In this document: positions 11,462 to 24,925 of the stretch, piece after piece
How positions within the stretch are numbered: the stretch's first letter is position 1
Layout of the letters: each line of letters opens with the position of its first letter
Notes under the pieces: model-generated
Seen by the model: the letters and a program-made list of their open reading frames with translations, nothing else
The model's database searches: none
Told to the model about the DNA's origin: nothing
Position numbers and translations under genes: made by a program
Assembly (NCBI RefSeq): GCF_963921235.1
Contig: NC_086097.1
Location: 39,620,001-39,684,000, forward strand
Origin: Mobula hypostoma
Taxonomy: Eukaryota
Reading direction: 5' to 3'
DNA: 64,000 bases

Positions 11462-13334
11462 GACCTCAGAGGTTGGGAAGATGTTGGAGTCAATTGTTAA
11501 GGATGAGGTTGTGGGATACTTGGTGACACAGGACAAGATAGGACAAAGTCAGCATAGTTTCCTTAAGGGAAAATCTTGCCTGACAAACTTGTTGGAATTT
11601 TTTTGAGGAGATTACAAGAAAGATTGATAAACGGGATGCAGTGGATGTTGTATATTTGGACTTTCAGAAGGCCCTTTGACAAGGTGCCACACATGAGGCT
11701 GCTTACCAACTTAAGAGCCCATGGGATTACGGGAAAGTTACTGGCAAGGTTAGAGCATTAACTGATTGGTATCAGGCAGTGAGAAGGAATAAAAGGATCC
11801 TTTTCTGGTTGGCTGCCAGTGACTAATGGTGCTCTGCAGGGCTCGGTGCTGTGGCTGCTTCTTTTAATGGTATATATCAATGATTTAGATGATGGAATAG
11901 ATGGCTTTGTTGCCAGGTTTGCAGATGATATGGAAATGGGTAGGCTACAGAAGGACTCGGACAGATTAGGAGAATGGGCAAGAGAATGGCAAATGAAAAT
12001 ACAATGTTGAACAATGCATGGTCATGCATTTTGGTAGTAGAAATAAATGCGTAAACTATTTTCTAAATGGAAAGAAAATCCAAAAATCTGAGATGCAAAG
12101 GATTAACTTGCAGGTAGAGTTGGTGGTGAGGAAGGCAAATGCAATGTTAACATTAATTTCAAGGGGTCTAGAATACAAGAGCAGGGATGTGATGTTGAGG
12201 CTTTATAAGACTCTGGTGAGGCTGTATCTTGAGTATCGTGAAAAGCTTTGGCTCCTCATCTAAGAAAAGATGTGCTGGCATTGGAGAGGGTTCAGAGCAG
12301 GTTCACAAGGATGATTCCCGGAATGAAAGGGTTATCATACAAGGAATGTTTGATGGCTCTGGGTCTGTACTCGCTGGAATTCAGAAGGATGGTGGATCAC
12401 ATTGAAACCTTTTGAATGGTTCAAAGGCCTAGACAGAGTAGATGTGGAAAGGATGATTCCCATGATGGGGGAGTCTAGGACAAGAAGGCACAGCCTCAGG
12501 ATAGAGGGACATCCATTATTGTGTGCAGTTTTGGTACCCTAATCTGAGGAAAGACATTCTTGCCATAGAGGGAGTACAAAGAAGGTTCACCAGATTGATT
12601 ACTGGGATGGCAGGACTTTCATATGATGAAAGACTGGATCGGCTAGGCTTATACTCTCTGGAATTTAGAAGACTGAGGGGGGATCTTATTGAAACGTATA
12701 AAATTCTAAAGGGATTGGACAGGCTAGATGTAGGAAGATTGTTCCCGATGTTGGAAAAGTCCAGAACGAGGGGTCACAGTTTGAGAACAAAGGGGAAGCC
12801 TTTTAGGACCGAGAACTTCTTCACACAGAGAGTGGTGAGTCTGTGGAATTCTCTGCCACAGGAAACAGTTGAGGCCAGTTCATTGGCTATATTTAAGAGG
12901 GAGTTACATATGGCCCTTGTGGCTAAAGGGATCAGGGGGTACGGAGGGAAGGCAGGTACAGGGTTCTGAGTTGGATGATCAGCCATGATCATACTGAATG
13001 GCGGTGCAGGCTCGCAGGGTCGAATGACCTACTCCTGCACCTATTTTCTACGTTTCTATGTTTCTATGTTTCTAAAACAGAGATGTGGAAAAAGTTCTTT
13101 AGCCTGAGAGTAGTGAATTTGCGGACTTTATTACCACAGGTAGCTGTGAAGGCCAGGTCATTGGGCATATTTAAGTCAGAGCTTGATCAGTTTTGATTAA
13201 ACACGATATCAAAGCCTGTGGGGAGAAGGTTGGGGAGTGGGGCTGAGGAGGGAAAATGGATCAGCCATGATTGAATGGTGGAACAGATTCGGTGGGCGAA
13301 ATGGCCTAATTCTGCTCCTATGTCTTATGGTCTA
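11462..13334 (+). mobile_element. CR1 LINE RT and 3' end (second subfamily), interrupted at about 12519-13074
   Basis: QHSFLKGKSCL, YLDFQKAFDKVPH, QGSVL, FADD. Ends CCTATGTCTTATGGTCT. Homologous to 58990-60317. Confidence 0.9.
12519..13074 (+). mobile_element. 5'-truncated CR1 (third subfamily) nested in CR1
   Basis: ORF 12523-12969 uninterrupted (VQRRFTRLI, RGDLIETYKIL). Tail (TTTCTATG)n at about 13045-13074, after which the host resumes AAACAGAGATG. Confidence 0.9.
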
Positions 13335-16051
13335 AACCTATGACATATTTTTCTAGTTTCTTCCAACCTGGGAGGAAAAATTTGTTTGTATTTACCCTGT
13401 CTATGCCCTTCATGATTTTGTACACCTCTATGTGATCATCCCTCTATGCTCCAGGGAGTGAAGTCAGAAGCACTTTATTTCCAGTATGTGAAACATGGTA
13501 GAATTGATTGTGGTTCGGTGCCAAGCCTAAAACACAGGACAATACCATAACAGACAACTCAACAGCAACCAACAATATACAAGACAGTAGTGCAAATGGT
13601 CATGAGCAATAAACAATGAGCAGAACGGTCACATGCACAAATGTCAATAATCAAACTTAAATAGATGTGAACATATGAACAGATTAAAGAGAGCAGCGAA
13701 GACTATTTAACCCATTGAACCTTTTCCTATAACTCAGCTCCTCGAGTCCCAGTAACATCCTTGTAAATGATTCCTGTTAATACAGTCCTGCTCAATCTCA
13801 GAAGCTCAGAAACCCAATAATAAGGGATTAAAAGATTTAATTAATTTCTTTATTTATGTTTCAATTAGTTTGTCAACATTCTTTTTTCCTTTATTTCTTT
13901 GTTTGTACTTAGGTTGACTTAAAGTTAATTCTACTTTTGCCATTCTTTTCCTTTCTCTATCTTTAAAGTAGGTCTTCTGTCAGTCGTGTTGTTGACAATA
14001 TCCCTGATGCCATGTTGTCCTTATCAACTTTCACTTCCAACAACCTGGCAATACAAAGCTATTTAGAGCCAAAATGTATCGTCCTCTCTAGAACTTGCCA
14101 AGTTTATAAATAATACTAAATAGACTAAAAAAAAAATCAGTGCTTTATACAATGTTTCTCAAATTCTTTTGGGAATTGGAATGGAATGAATGTCAAAGGC
14201 AGAGGACAATTTCCATGCTGATGCCATAATTCAACACGTTTAGCTCTACCAAAGTGAGTCTGCACAGCCGAGTCCTTAGGCACTTGGCTCAACTTGCTTC
14301 ACCGTCGAGTGACAGTGTCAGTCAATGTCAAGTGTCAACTGAATTCATGAAATGAACACTGTTTCATAACTACTTTTCTGAAATTTAAGACCAAATGACA
14401 CTTACGATGAATGTTTAATGCCTGGACGGTAAAGTAATCAAAGCATACACATACCAACTGCCACTGATAACAGGCACAGTCAAGGATGGAGTTATTTGTT
14501 GCTGGCTCACTTATACAGGTCATCATCATGACCTTTTTGACTTAAAACCGGTCGCATGGTACATGAAACTCTGCATCCTGTGAGAGGATGGAAATCCATA
14601 GGAGGATCACTGTGATGCCATTCGATTTGCTGTACCACTTTCTTGGTGCCTTGTAAACTGAGGTTTGGTTTCCATGTACAAATCAGATGACAGATTTCCC
14701 TTCCTGCGTTTTTCCTGTGGCTTAGAGTTTCTCTAAGCACGTGAGTATTAAGAACTGTTCGCAAACCACACAACCATTCCTGATACTTTTTTACACTGGA
14801 GCACTTTGGTTCGGAGAATTTTCAGGAATTTCATTCTCTCTTAGTAAATGGGACTAGCTTAGGTGGGAATGTCGGACGGCATGGATCAGATGGGCTAAAG
14901 GGCCTGTTTCTGTGCTGCAAAACTCTGAGGGAAGTTTTCTTTGTTCATGTCTGCTTGAAATTGACAAAATATCTAATATCTCTTCCCATGCAAAGTTCTT
15001 CTGTTCTCCCCTTAGAGATACAACGGGAGGCTGATAGATAGCCACGACTCCTGCAGTTTGCTTACCAAGACTTGCTTCCAACCAATGCTGTCAGGCAGAT
15101 TATCTGCCCACCTCCTCACTGCCGAAAACAGGATTTAGCTGAGAGCAAATAAAGTACTGTGTTTTTTTTTTGCATAGTTATATACATGTCCTTCTCTGTC
15201 AGTTGTGTTAAATACACAATATAGTAATGTATTTAGACTGTATTTTGAGTATATCAGACTATACAGTAGGCTACCATATTATATTTTTTGTTATTTTAGT
15301 CACTCAAATCTTTACTGTGGTTTTTACGGTCTGTCCCTGGTGTTTCTTCTGCTACTGAATAAAATCCCTTCCAACTTCATTCGTATGACTTCTTGTAAAT
15401 GAGCATTCAGTGGAGGAAGAGGTGGTCTGATCACCGGAGATCTACCTGAGAATCCTCGACTTTGTTCCTCCTTGGGCTTGTTCCTGAGATGAACTTCCCC
15501 TCTCTTCATAAATCATGAATTTTGATACTTGTTCAGTAAATACCAGAGAGTTACAGTCAGAAACCTTCGCCGTGCTCCTCTCTCCATTTAATCTGAATCA
15601 GTTACCCTACAGGTCAGTGGAGAACGCTGCTCTGGGTGTTAACTGCATCAACACAGAAAAACCTTGACAGCTGTGTGATACGTGGGCGTCAGTTCAGAAG
15701 TGTGATCTACATGGTAAGCAGAAGCTCAACATGGCAAAGCCAGTCCGCCAGCTGAAAATCAGCAGAACCTTCCCAAGTGCAAAGAACTGTTGGCAGAATG
15801 CACACATGGACAGCTTTGCTTTATTATGGGTGGGATGATGAAAGGAAGATGTTTGAATTGATAATGAAACTAAACTGGGAATAACACCCAAATTGAAAAG
15901 AACAGATCTTGAACTATATTTAAAAACCCTATAAACTATCATGTGCCACAAAGAGGGCAGTTAATCAGGCACAGCTCCTCCATTGGTCCTATTAAAAACA
16001 ATACTGGAAACACTCAGCTGGTCAGGCCACATGGGTGCAAAAAGGAACAGA

Positions 16052-18530
16052 GTTCAGAATCAGAATCAGCTTAAATACCACTGGCATATGTCATGAAGCA
16101 GTACATTGCAATACATAATAATAAAAATGCAAATTACAGAAAGAACTGTGTGTGTGTATATATATAAAAGTTAAATTAAATAAATAGTGCAAAAAAAGTA
16201 ATGAGGTAGCGTTCACAGGTTTAATGTCCATTCAGAAGTCCGATGGCAGAGGGGAAGAAGCTATTCCTAAATCATTGAGTGTGTTCCTTCAGGCTCCTGT
16301 ACCTCCTCCCTGATGGTAGCAATGAGAAGACAGGATGTCCTGGGTGATGTCCTCAATGACAGATGTTGCCTTTTTGAGGCATTGCTCCTTGAAGATGTCC
16401 TGAATGCCGGGGAGGCCAGTGCCTGTGATGGAGCTGACTGAGTTTAAAACTTTCTGCAGCTTATTTCGATCCTGTGCATAGGCACCCCCACCCATGCCAG
16501 GTGTTGATACAGTCCATTAGAATGCTCTTAACAGTACATCTGTAGAAATTTGCGAGTGTCTTTGGTGTTGTACCAAATCTCTGAAAACTCCTCATGTCTC
16601 TGTCTAGCCTCTATCATGCGTTCTTTGTAACTGGATCGATATGTTGAGCCCAGAATAGATCCTGAGAGGAACTTGAAATTGCTCACCCTTCCCTGTTCAG
16701 ATCCCTGAATGAGAACTGGTGTGTGTTCCCTCAACTTACTCTTCCTGAAGTCCACATTAATTCTTTGGCCTTACTGATGTTGAATGCAAGGTTGTTGCTG
16801 TCACACCACTCAACCAGCTGATCTATCTTGCTCCTGTATGCCTTTGTCACCATCTGATATTCTGACAACAATAGTTGTGTTGTCAGAAAATTTATAGATG
16901 GCATTTGAGCTGTGCCTAGCCACACAGAGAGTAGAGCAGTGGGCTAAGCTCACGTCCTTGAGGTGCGCCAGTGTTGATTGTCAGCGAGGTAGAGATGTTG
17001 TTTCAAATAGAGGCTCAGGTTCTGGCTTTTTTAATCAGAACTGTAGGAATGATTGTGCTAGTTACTGAGCGGTAGTCAAAAAATTGAAGCCTGATGTAAA
17101 TATTAATATTGTCCAGGTGATCCAAGGTGGCATGAAGAGCCAATGAGATTGCATCCACTGTAGACCTATTGTGGTGATGGGCAAATTGCAGTGGGTACAG
17201 GTCCTTGCTGAGACAGGAGTTGATTTTAGTCATAATCAACCTCTCAAAGCACTTCATCACTGAAGATGTCAGTGCTACTGGGCAACAGATGTTAAGGCAG
17301 CTCACCCTGCACTTCTTGGGCACTGGTACGATTGTTGCCCTTTTGAAGCAGGTAGGAACTTTTGACTGCAGTATTGAGAGTTTGAAAGTGTCTTTGAATA
17401 CCCCTCCCAGTTGGTTGGCACAGGTTGTCAGAGCCTAACTAGGTACACCATCAGGGCCGGACACCTTGCGAGGGTTCACCCTCTTGAAAGACCTTCTGAT
17501 GTCAGCCTTTGAGGCAGAGATCACAGGGTCAACAGATGCTGCAGGGATCTTCACAGCTGTAGTTTTATTCTCCCTTTCAAAGCAAGCATAAAAGGCATTG
17601 ATCTCATCTGGGAGGAAAGCATCACTCCCATTCATGGTTTAGGTTTTGCTTTGTAGGAAGTAATGTCCTGCAAATCCTGCCAGAGTTGACATGTATCTGA
17701 TTCCACCTCTAACCTCAATTGGAATTGTTCATCTGCTCTTGAGATAGCCCTCTGTAAGTCGTATCTGGCTTTCTTGCATAGTCCTGGATCACCTGACTTG
17801 ATTGCCACAGATCTAGCCTTCAACAGACTATGAACCAACTGGTTCATCCACAACTTTTGATTTGGGTATGTACAGTATGTTCTTGTTGTAGATACACGCA
17901 CATCCACACTGGTTTTAATGAAATCAGTGATAACCTGTGGCGTATTCATTCAGACTTGAAGATGAATCCCTGGATAGTGTGCAATCCACTGATTCGAAGT
18001 CCTGTAAGCACGACTCCGCCTCCCTTGTCCATACCTTCTTGATCCTCTCTACTGGTGTTGCAATCTTCAGTCTCTGCCTGTACTCAGGGAGTAAAAGTAC
18101 GGCCAGGTGATCAGACTTTCAAACGTGCGAGTGTGGGTTCTCACGGTAAGTGCTCTTATTAGTAATATAACAGTGGTCTTGTGTGTTAGCTCATCTTGGT
18201 CTACAAATGATATGTATATTGGTGATGATTATTTAGAGGCATTTTCAAGCTGGCCTGGTTAAAATCTCCTAAAATGATGGAGAAGGCATCGGGATACGCC
18301 GTTTCATACCTATTGATTCCATTACTCAGTTCATCTAGAGCCTGTTTGACAGGGGCCTGAGGTGGGATATTCACCAAGATGATGGCTGCAAACACCCGTG
18401 GCAGATAAAATGGATGACACTTGATCATGAACTGCTCCAGGTCGGGTTAGCAGGATTGGGACAGAACTGCCACATTTGTGCACCACAAGGAGTTCACTTT
18501 TTGCCTGAAGACCCCACGTTACATGCATGT
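16052..18530 (-). mobile_element. Rex1/Babar-like LINE, decayed EN-RT
   Basis: FYLPRVF..IPPQA and GDFNQA (endonuclease), PVALTSSVMKCFERL, QFAHHHNRST, KAKELMVDFRK-like C-terminus, (TTCTGA)n tail at about 16052-16069. Confidence 0.9.
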
Positions 18531-19077
18531 TTTTGACTTCACTTTATAATAACTCCAACTTGCTCTGTCTGAAAACTACTCTGGACCAAAGTTCCACTTT
18601 ATTCTTTGCTGCTGCTGCAAACAACTTTTTTTTCTAACTTTCAGATGTCAAAGATTGCAAATTCCATCAGCCCCAGGATTTCAATAGATCTGCTCTCCAA
18701 CCTTCCAATTTGCTTTGATGCCATCACTCCCCAGTTCCTGCCTGACCATGTTTTCACCATCCTTTCTGATCTTCCCCTCCCTAATCCTCAATGATCAGTC
18801 TTCAGCAGAAGCCCCAGCTTGTCCCCATGACAACACACGCTTCAGACGTCTCTGACTATATGCTCACTTCTTCAGTCAGGTGTCTTCACTCTGGACTACA
18901 GATCATTTCTCTCCATTCACCTAGACTCCTCCCTGTAACTTCTAACCTGTATACATCAATTCACTGCTATTGCAAATATGATAATGACCCCTCGATTTTT
19001 CAGGTCTCCTCTCTCACTATAACATACTCGTTCCGAATTCTCAGTATTCCATTTGCTAAGAGTCAACCTTAAAATTC

Positions 19078-19235
19078 AGAAGCAGAGTTAACATTTGCGG
19101 TCAAAAATACTTTGTTGACTTCTAATGTTAACGTTTTCTCTCTCTGTAGATGCTGACTGACCTAATGAGTGTTTCTGGCATTTTCAGTTTTAGTTTTAGA
19201 TTTCCAGACTTTTCATTTTTTGGGGTTTTGCTCTT
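19078..19235 (+). mobile_element. Very old Penelope-like tail remnant
   Basis: TAGATGCTGACTGACCTAATGAGTGTTTCTGGCATTTT resembles the PLE terminal block. Confidence 0.45.
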
Positions 19236-20849
19236 TCACTTCATTTACTGGAATATTAGTTACTAGAATGTGTGGGACTGTAAAATGCCAGGAATGAAAA
19301 TATTACCATAAATTGAAAGGAAATTATCAAAATTCAAAATTGTGTAAATCTATTCTTTGAAATGTTTTAAGATTATTTTTGTGTTGTGAAGGATTAGCTC
19401 TTAAAAATCAAATTGATATTATTTACAGGTCACAGGACAGAAGGTAAAAGCCTTAAATTAAGTTTCTACTCAATCGTTTGTACTGTCCCAGTGACACCCA
19501 ACAATGAGATGGGATAAATGAATGTCAATAAGGGTGCTAAAAAGGTCACCCTACCCCAAATCTCTCTTAAATCGAATGTTCTGAAAAACATTAAATTTAT
19601 GGGCCGATTATTTGAAAAAAAAATCTATAGGTTTAAATTTATCAGTTGTAATCCTCAATAAGAGCCAGATCCAAAGTAACTCTGCATGAGTATCTGAATT
19701 CACCATTTGCCCTCGTGCCATACCTACCTGGTATAGAGAGCCAGTCTCACTGCCCCTCCCCATCTTTCAGAAGTCTAGGGTCTGTGGAATGGTTTGGATG
19801 GCAGAACAGCTCTTGTTGGTCCTAAGAAGGGACTCGCTCATCAAAGTGTCCCTGATAGCTTTTGACAGCCATTGTAGCTCCAGCTCCACTGTGCCAGTTG
19901 TGAAATTTGTGACGAATGACTAATCATTTTTAAATGCTTCTGAATTTCAATGTCATTTAAAGACAAGTAAATACAAATGAATAACAAGCATTATTTTACA
20001 ATATTAAAATTAGTGGAGCGGTCAAAAACAAAATGGTTAAAAGCATTAAAGAGGCTTGCCTTAGCCTCCTAATCCACGGGCTTGCACTCCCCAGTATGAT
20101 CTGGGATCCTGGGGTATCCCACTGAGTGTGGGCTCTGCACGTTGCCCTGTCGAATCAGCAGTACAGAGATCCAGCCCTACAAAGTGTAAAGGCCACAAGC
20201 TCTCTGTGAGGTGGATTGGCCAATGTTCCTCCCTTGTTAAAATAATCAGTACAATGAGGATCACTCTAGGTAGAAAGCATTAATATTCTTTAGCATGGAA
20301 TTCCTATTGTGTTAGTACTGGATTGGCACGATGGACAAAGAAGATTGCTTTGTTAGAGGTGTTGAATAATGAATTTATATTGTGAACAATGATTAGAAGG
20401 TGGATGTTTTGCTGTTGTCCAGACCTAGTGAGTTTATTGAAAAGAGAATTTGCTAATATCAGTCACACAAGTGATAGAGGTTAATAGTGTATAAGAGTTT
20501 TAAAAAAATCTGATACTGTTATAACAGATATCTTGTGTTAAGGAGCCGAAGGAAAAAGGGCAAAGTGGGAGCTTTGTACATGGGGCATAGTAGGCTTCTG
20601 ACTCATTGTTGCTATTATCAGCACTGTATATGTCTAGACTCTGACAAGCAAGAAGGTTGTGCGTGAAACATATTACCTTTTACAAGAATACTAAGTCAAA
20701 AAATACACTCAACACTAATAATTGCCATGAAAATCACCAGTATCAATGATTAAGTGCAAAAGTTTCATTTTGGTAGGGCTATTTAGAAGGCAGAGAATTC
20801 TTCACTCTTTTTCTAGAATGATGCTTTTTTACTTGTTCGTACATTCTTT

Positions 20850-21032
20850 CTGTTGCATTTGAGTTTTCTCCGGGTGCTCCAGTTTCCTCCCACAGTCCAA
20901 AGATCTACTGGTTAGTAGGTAAATTGGTCATTTTCTGTGATCAGACTAGGGTTAAATGGGTGTGGCTTGTTGGGTCGGAGGGGCTCTGTTCCACGCCGTA
21001 GCTCTAAATAAAATAAACACAAATAAATAAAC
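20850..21032 (+). mobile_element. V-SINE (HE1-like) partial copy
   Basis: Central domain GTTTTCTCCGGGTGCTCCAGTTTCCTCCCACAGTCCAAAGA, LINE-like 3' end and (TAAAA/TAAA)n tail. Confidence 0.75.
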
Positions 21033-21162
21033 AACCTCGAATCTTGTAGGAAAGCATACCTTTACCACTGTCTTCCTGTGCCTTCACTTTCAGAGAATTA
21101 TATACTTCACCCGAAAGTCTCACCATTAAACAATGCTACTCAGAACCCCACCATTCACTGTG

Positions 21163-21470
21163 TTCAAAGTTCAAAGTGTATTTATTGTCAAAGTATGTGT
21201 GCTATGTACAGCCTTGAAATTCATCGTCTTGCAGGCAGCCAGAAACACAAAGAAACCCAAGAAAACCCACTTAAAAATAGACCATCAAACATCAATTGTG
21301 TTGGGGGCAGTGGGGGGAGAACAAATCATGCAAACAATAAAAAGTAATCAAATAACACTCAGAATCAAAGTTCATGAAAGTGAGTCCACAGCCACGAAGC
21401 CAGTTCATTGCCGCAGCTGGTCCGGGAGCCTGTTCATTGCAGGCCACAGCCTCAATTCAGCACAGAGAGT
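21163..21470 (-). mobile_element. 3' fragment of the Rex-tailed non-coding family seen at 6866-8016
   Basis: (ACTTTGA)n tail at about 21163-21177 and visible similarity to 7770-8016. Confidence 0.6.
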
Positions 21471-21492
21471 TTAGTACCCAGGTGACTTAAAT

Positions 21493-21572
21493 CAGGGGTT
21501 CACAATCATTTCTATGTCATGGTCCTCTCCCATTAACTGAGTGATCCATGGACCCTAGGTTGGGGACCCTTG
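21493..21572. mobile_element. 80-bp hAT/Charlie-like MITE
   Basis: Termini CAGGGGTTCACAATC ... GGTTGGGGACCCTTG. Related copy at 52769-52849. TSD not preserved. Confidence 0.6.
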
Positions 21573-22349
21573 ATTAAGATCTAGTTCATTTAGGCCTTCC
21601 TCAGTTCACCATTCCACTGCTGGTGTCATCTGCACACTATTCATGCCACCTACATTCTTTTCCAAAACATTAATATACGTGATGAAGAATAAAGGAGCCA
21701 GGCAGATCCATGCCCCACTCCACTGGATACAGTCCTCCATTAAATGGTGAGGACGAGGGATTCAAATTATAGTTTATTCTTGCTCCTAATTCATTTTTGA
21801 TTGTTTATATTTGAAATGGTAACTTACGGTAATGCACACAGATCTCATATCCACTGCAACTCCCTTTAATTAGCTTATCCTGTCTACTTGTGTAGAAAAG
21901 TGAACAGTATTTGCATCAAGTGCTTTGCCTGAGTATAGGATTGCACAGTTGATATAATAAGAGTTAATTGTTTTTTTAATTTTCATATTTTGCCTTTTAG
22001 GAGTTTAAAGATTAGAAATAATTCGATAGAATTTTGGCATAGAATATGATTACAAAAAAAATGTAGAATGTCGTGTGCAAGTTTGTGATTGACATTCTCA
22101 GCTGGGTGTCTTATAATTTACATTTTTATTATGTCTAATGGACCTATTATTTGTTTTACCCCGCAGAGATCAGCCAGAACTCTTTCCACAATGCTCTCCA
22201 AACTCAGAAACTATTTATTTTTAAAGTGTCTGTGCATTTATTTTCTAAAATGTGGTGCTGACAACTGAATGCCTTATTTTAATTCTTTAGCATCACAATT
22301 GCCTTGAATTCTGAACACAAGGTTTTGCCGATGCTTGGTATCTTGAGCA

Positions 22350-22445
22350 CTCTTGAAGGATCTTGACACAAAATGTCAACTGTTTATTCCCCTCCTTAGA
22401 TGCTGCCTGAATGGCTGATTTCCTCTAGCATTTTGTGTGTGAGCA
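22350..22445 (+). mobile_element. Penelope-like tail remnant
   Basis: AAATGTCAACTGTTTATTCCCCTCCTTAGATGCTGCCTGAATGGCTGA matches the PLE terminal block. Confidence 0.6.
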
Positions 22446-23179
22446 TGCCTTGTTTTAAATTCTGTTTCTTTTTCCCTGTCCATAATTTCCCTCCCAGCTG
22501 TTGAATGATTAAGAAGAGACTAATTTGGTGAAAGTGTTAGAATACTGTTCTCTGATTGGCCAATGCAGTGCTAGGGTGGTCAGCAAATTTTGCTGGATTG
22601 CGGCGGTTAATTAATGGATATAATTGGGATTTGACTACGTACATGAAACACTATTTGGGAAGAACTAAATTTTCTCAGCAGATCGTGTTTGTTTTCTTTC
22701 TAATTTTGAAGCAATTAGCAAACATGAAAAGAACCTTACTCTTGGATATTCTGCAGGAAGAAGTTCTGTAGATAGTAACTGTATTTGAAAAGATCAAAAA
22801 ATCAGTAAACGACTGATCTACTTAGCATACCTCCCATGTTAGTACAATGCGGACAAATGAGAGAGGTTTTCTTGATTGGGACATGGCACAATATAATTCT
22901 AGACCAAATTCCTTGTTACGTTATTTACTTAAAATATGTATCTCTATTGTTAGCATAAATACCAGAGGCATTGTATTCCTACTGTGGGGCAGTATCTTGG
23001 GAGGAGATGGGAAGTAATATACCAATATGCAGTTCTTTCAAATTTGCTCTTCCTGACAGGGATAGAAGATCAGATCTCTTACGAATATGTGATTGTGCAT
23101 TCCAAAAATTGAGATTGAAGTTATAGAAGACATTCAGTTCTCATTTTCCAATTGAATAATCCCAATGGCAGCCTTTGAT

Positions 23180-23660
23180 AGAAAAAGATGTATGTTTAAA
23201 AAAAAAGCTTGTGAAATTAATTGTTGGCAAAGCTAGTCTGATACTTGAGAAGAAATAAACATAACAGGCTAGGAGTTTACAGTCAAATTATAGTGGAGTT
23301 GGAGTTGATAACGGATGTGTGGTGCCTAAAGGACCATTGATTTTACTTTAAGTAGACCACTCATCGAGCAAGTGAATTGCATATGAAAGGTCTTGGAATT
23401 GTGACTGGGCAAAACCAATATACTTTAATGAAAGGGATGTTATGATTGAAAAAAGAGTTCCTTTTGCGTATACTAAAGGGGAAATCAGCAGTTGTAGTTT
23501 AATTAGATTTTCATAAAGGTAATTGCTGAAGACCCATTGAAGGGTTCTAACAATGGTGGGGACATGTGGCATCAGATAGAATGTTTTAAAGGTCGGGAAT
23601 AAATAGACCTGGGGAAATCCATGGCTGTAATTCATGAGGTATTTCAAGGATCAGTGCCAG
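23180..23660 (+). mobile_element. Old CR1-like fragments
   Basis: Weak remnants of CR1 3' UTR and RT (LDFHK..., SQGSV). Confidence 0.35.
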
Positions 23661-24925
23661 TGCAGAAATAAAAACAGTGGACTTCAAAGTTCAAAGTTGA
23701 AAGTAAAAGTATATATTTCACCATATACAACGCTGAAATTCATTTTCTTGTGGGCATACTCAATAAATCCATAATACAATAATAACAATAATATAATCAA
23801 TGAAAGACCGCACCATACTTGGGCATTCAACCAGTGTGCAAAAGGCAACAAACATCAACAAACAAGATGAATGGAATAATACTAATAAATAAATAAGCAA
23901 TAAATAGCGTGAACATGAGATGAAGAGACCTTAAAACTGACTCCATAGGTCAGGAATTACCTTGTTTAATGGTATTCACCCAGGGCAAAAAGAAGGTTGG
24001 GACCCCCCCACCATAGGCTGTAGGAACATTTCAGTGATGGGACAAGTGAAGTTGAATGAAGTTATCTCCTCTGGTTCAGGAGCCTGATGGTTGAGGGGTA
24101 ATAATTGTTCCTGAACCTGCTGGTGTGAGTCTTGAGGCTCCTGTACCTTCTTCCTGATGGCAACAGCGAGAAGAGAGCAAGGCCTGGGTAGTAAGAGTCC
24201 TTGATGGATGCTGCTTTCCTGTGACAACACCTTGTGTAGATGCGCTCAATGATGGGAAGGCTTTACCTTTGGTAGACTGGGCCATATCCACTACTTTTGG
24301 TAGGATTTTCCATTCAAGACTTTAGTGTTTCCTTTCCAGACAGTTAGTCAATATACTCTCCACTACACATCTACAGAAGTTTGTCAAAGTTTTAGATGTC
24401 ATGCTAAATTCAAGGAATGAGAGGCATTGCCGAGCTGTCTTTGTAATTGCACTTGTGTGCTGGGCCCAAGACAGCGCACAATAATAACAACGAGCAATTT
24501 AAAGTTGCAGACCCTCAGCTCCTCTGATACCCCAAATGAGGACTGGCTCTGGACCTCCGGTTCCCTCCTCCCAAAATCAATAATCAGCTCCTTGGTCTTG
24601 CTGATATTGAGTAAGAGGTTGTTGTGGCACCACTTGGCCAGATTTTCAATCTCCCTCCTATATAGTGATTCATCACCACCTTTGCTTTGACAGTGGTGTC
24701 ATCAGCAAACTTGAATATGGCAATGGAGCTGTACATAGCTACACAGTCATAACTGTAAAGCGAATAGTACAGGGGCTAAGCACACAGCCTTGTCGTGCAC
24801 TGTGCTGATGGAGATTGTGGAGTAGCTGTTGCCAATCCAAACTGACTGGTGTCTACAAATGAAGAAATCGAGGATCCAATTGCACAAGGAGGTATTGAGG
24901 CCAATGTCTTGAAGTGTATTGATTA

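Larger units (their letters stand above)
11210..13775 (-). mobile_element. Antisense CR1 3' end split into three pieces (about 11210-11461, 13335-13465, 13712-13775) by younger insertions
   Basis: Pieces are colinear with the antisense CR1 3' end at 264-610 (TTCACCCT|AAAC junction). Confidence 0.65.

Noticed and set aside
14335..14773. Minus-strand ORFs and GTAAGT/GTGAG donor-like sites as host exons
   Set aside because: Peptides are unrecognisable, and such motifs occur by chance at this scale.
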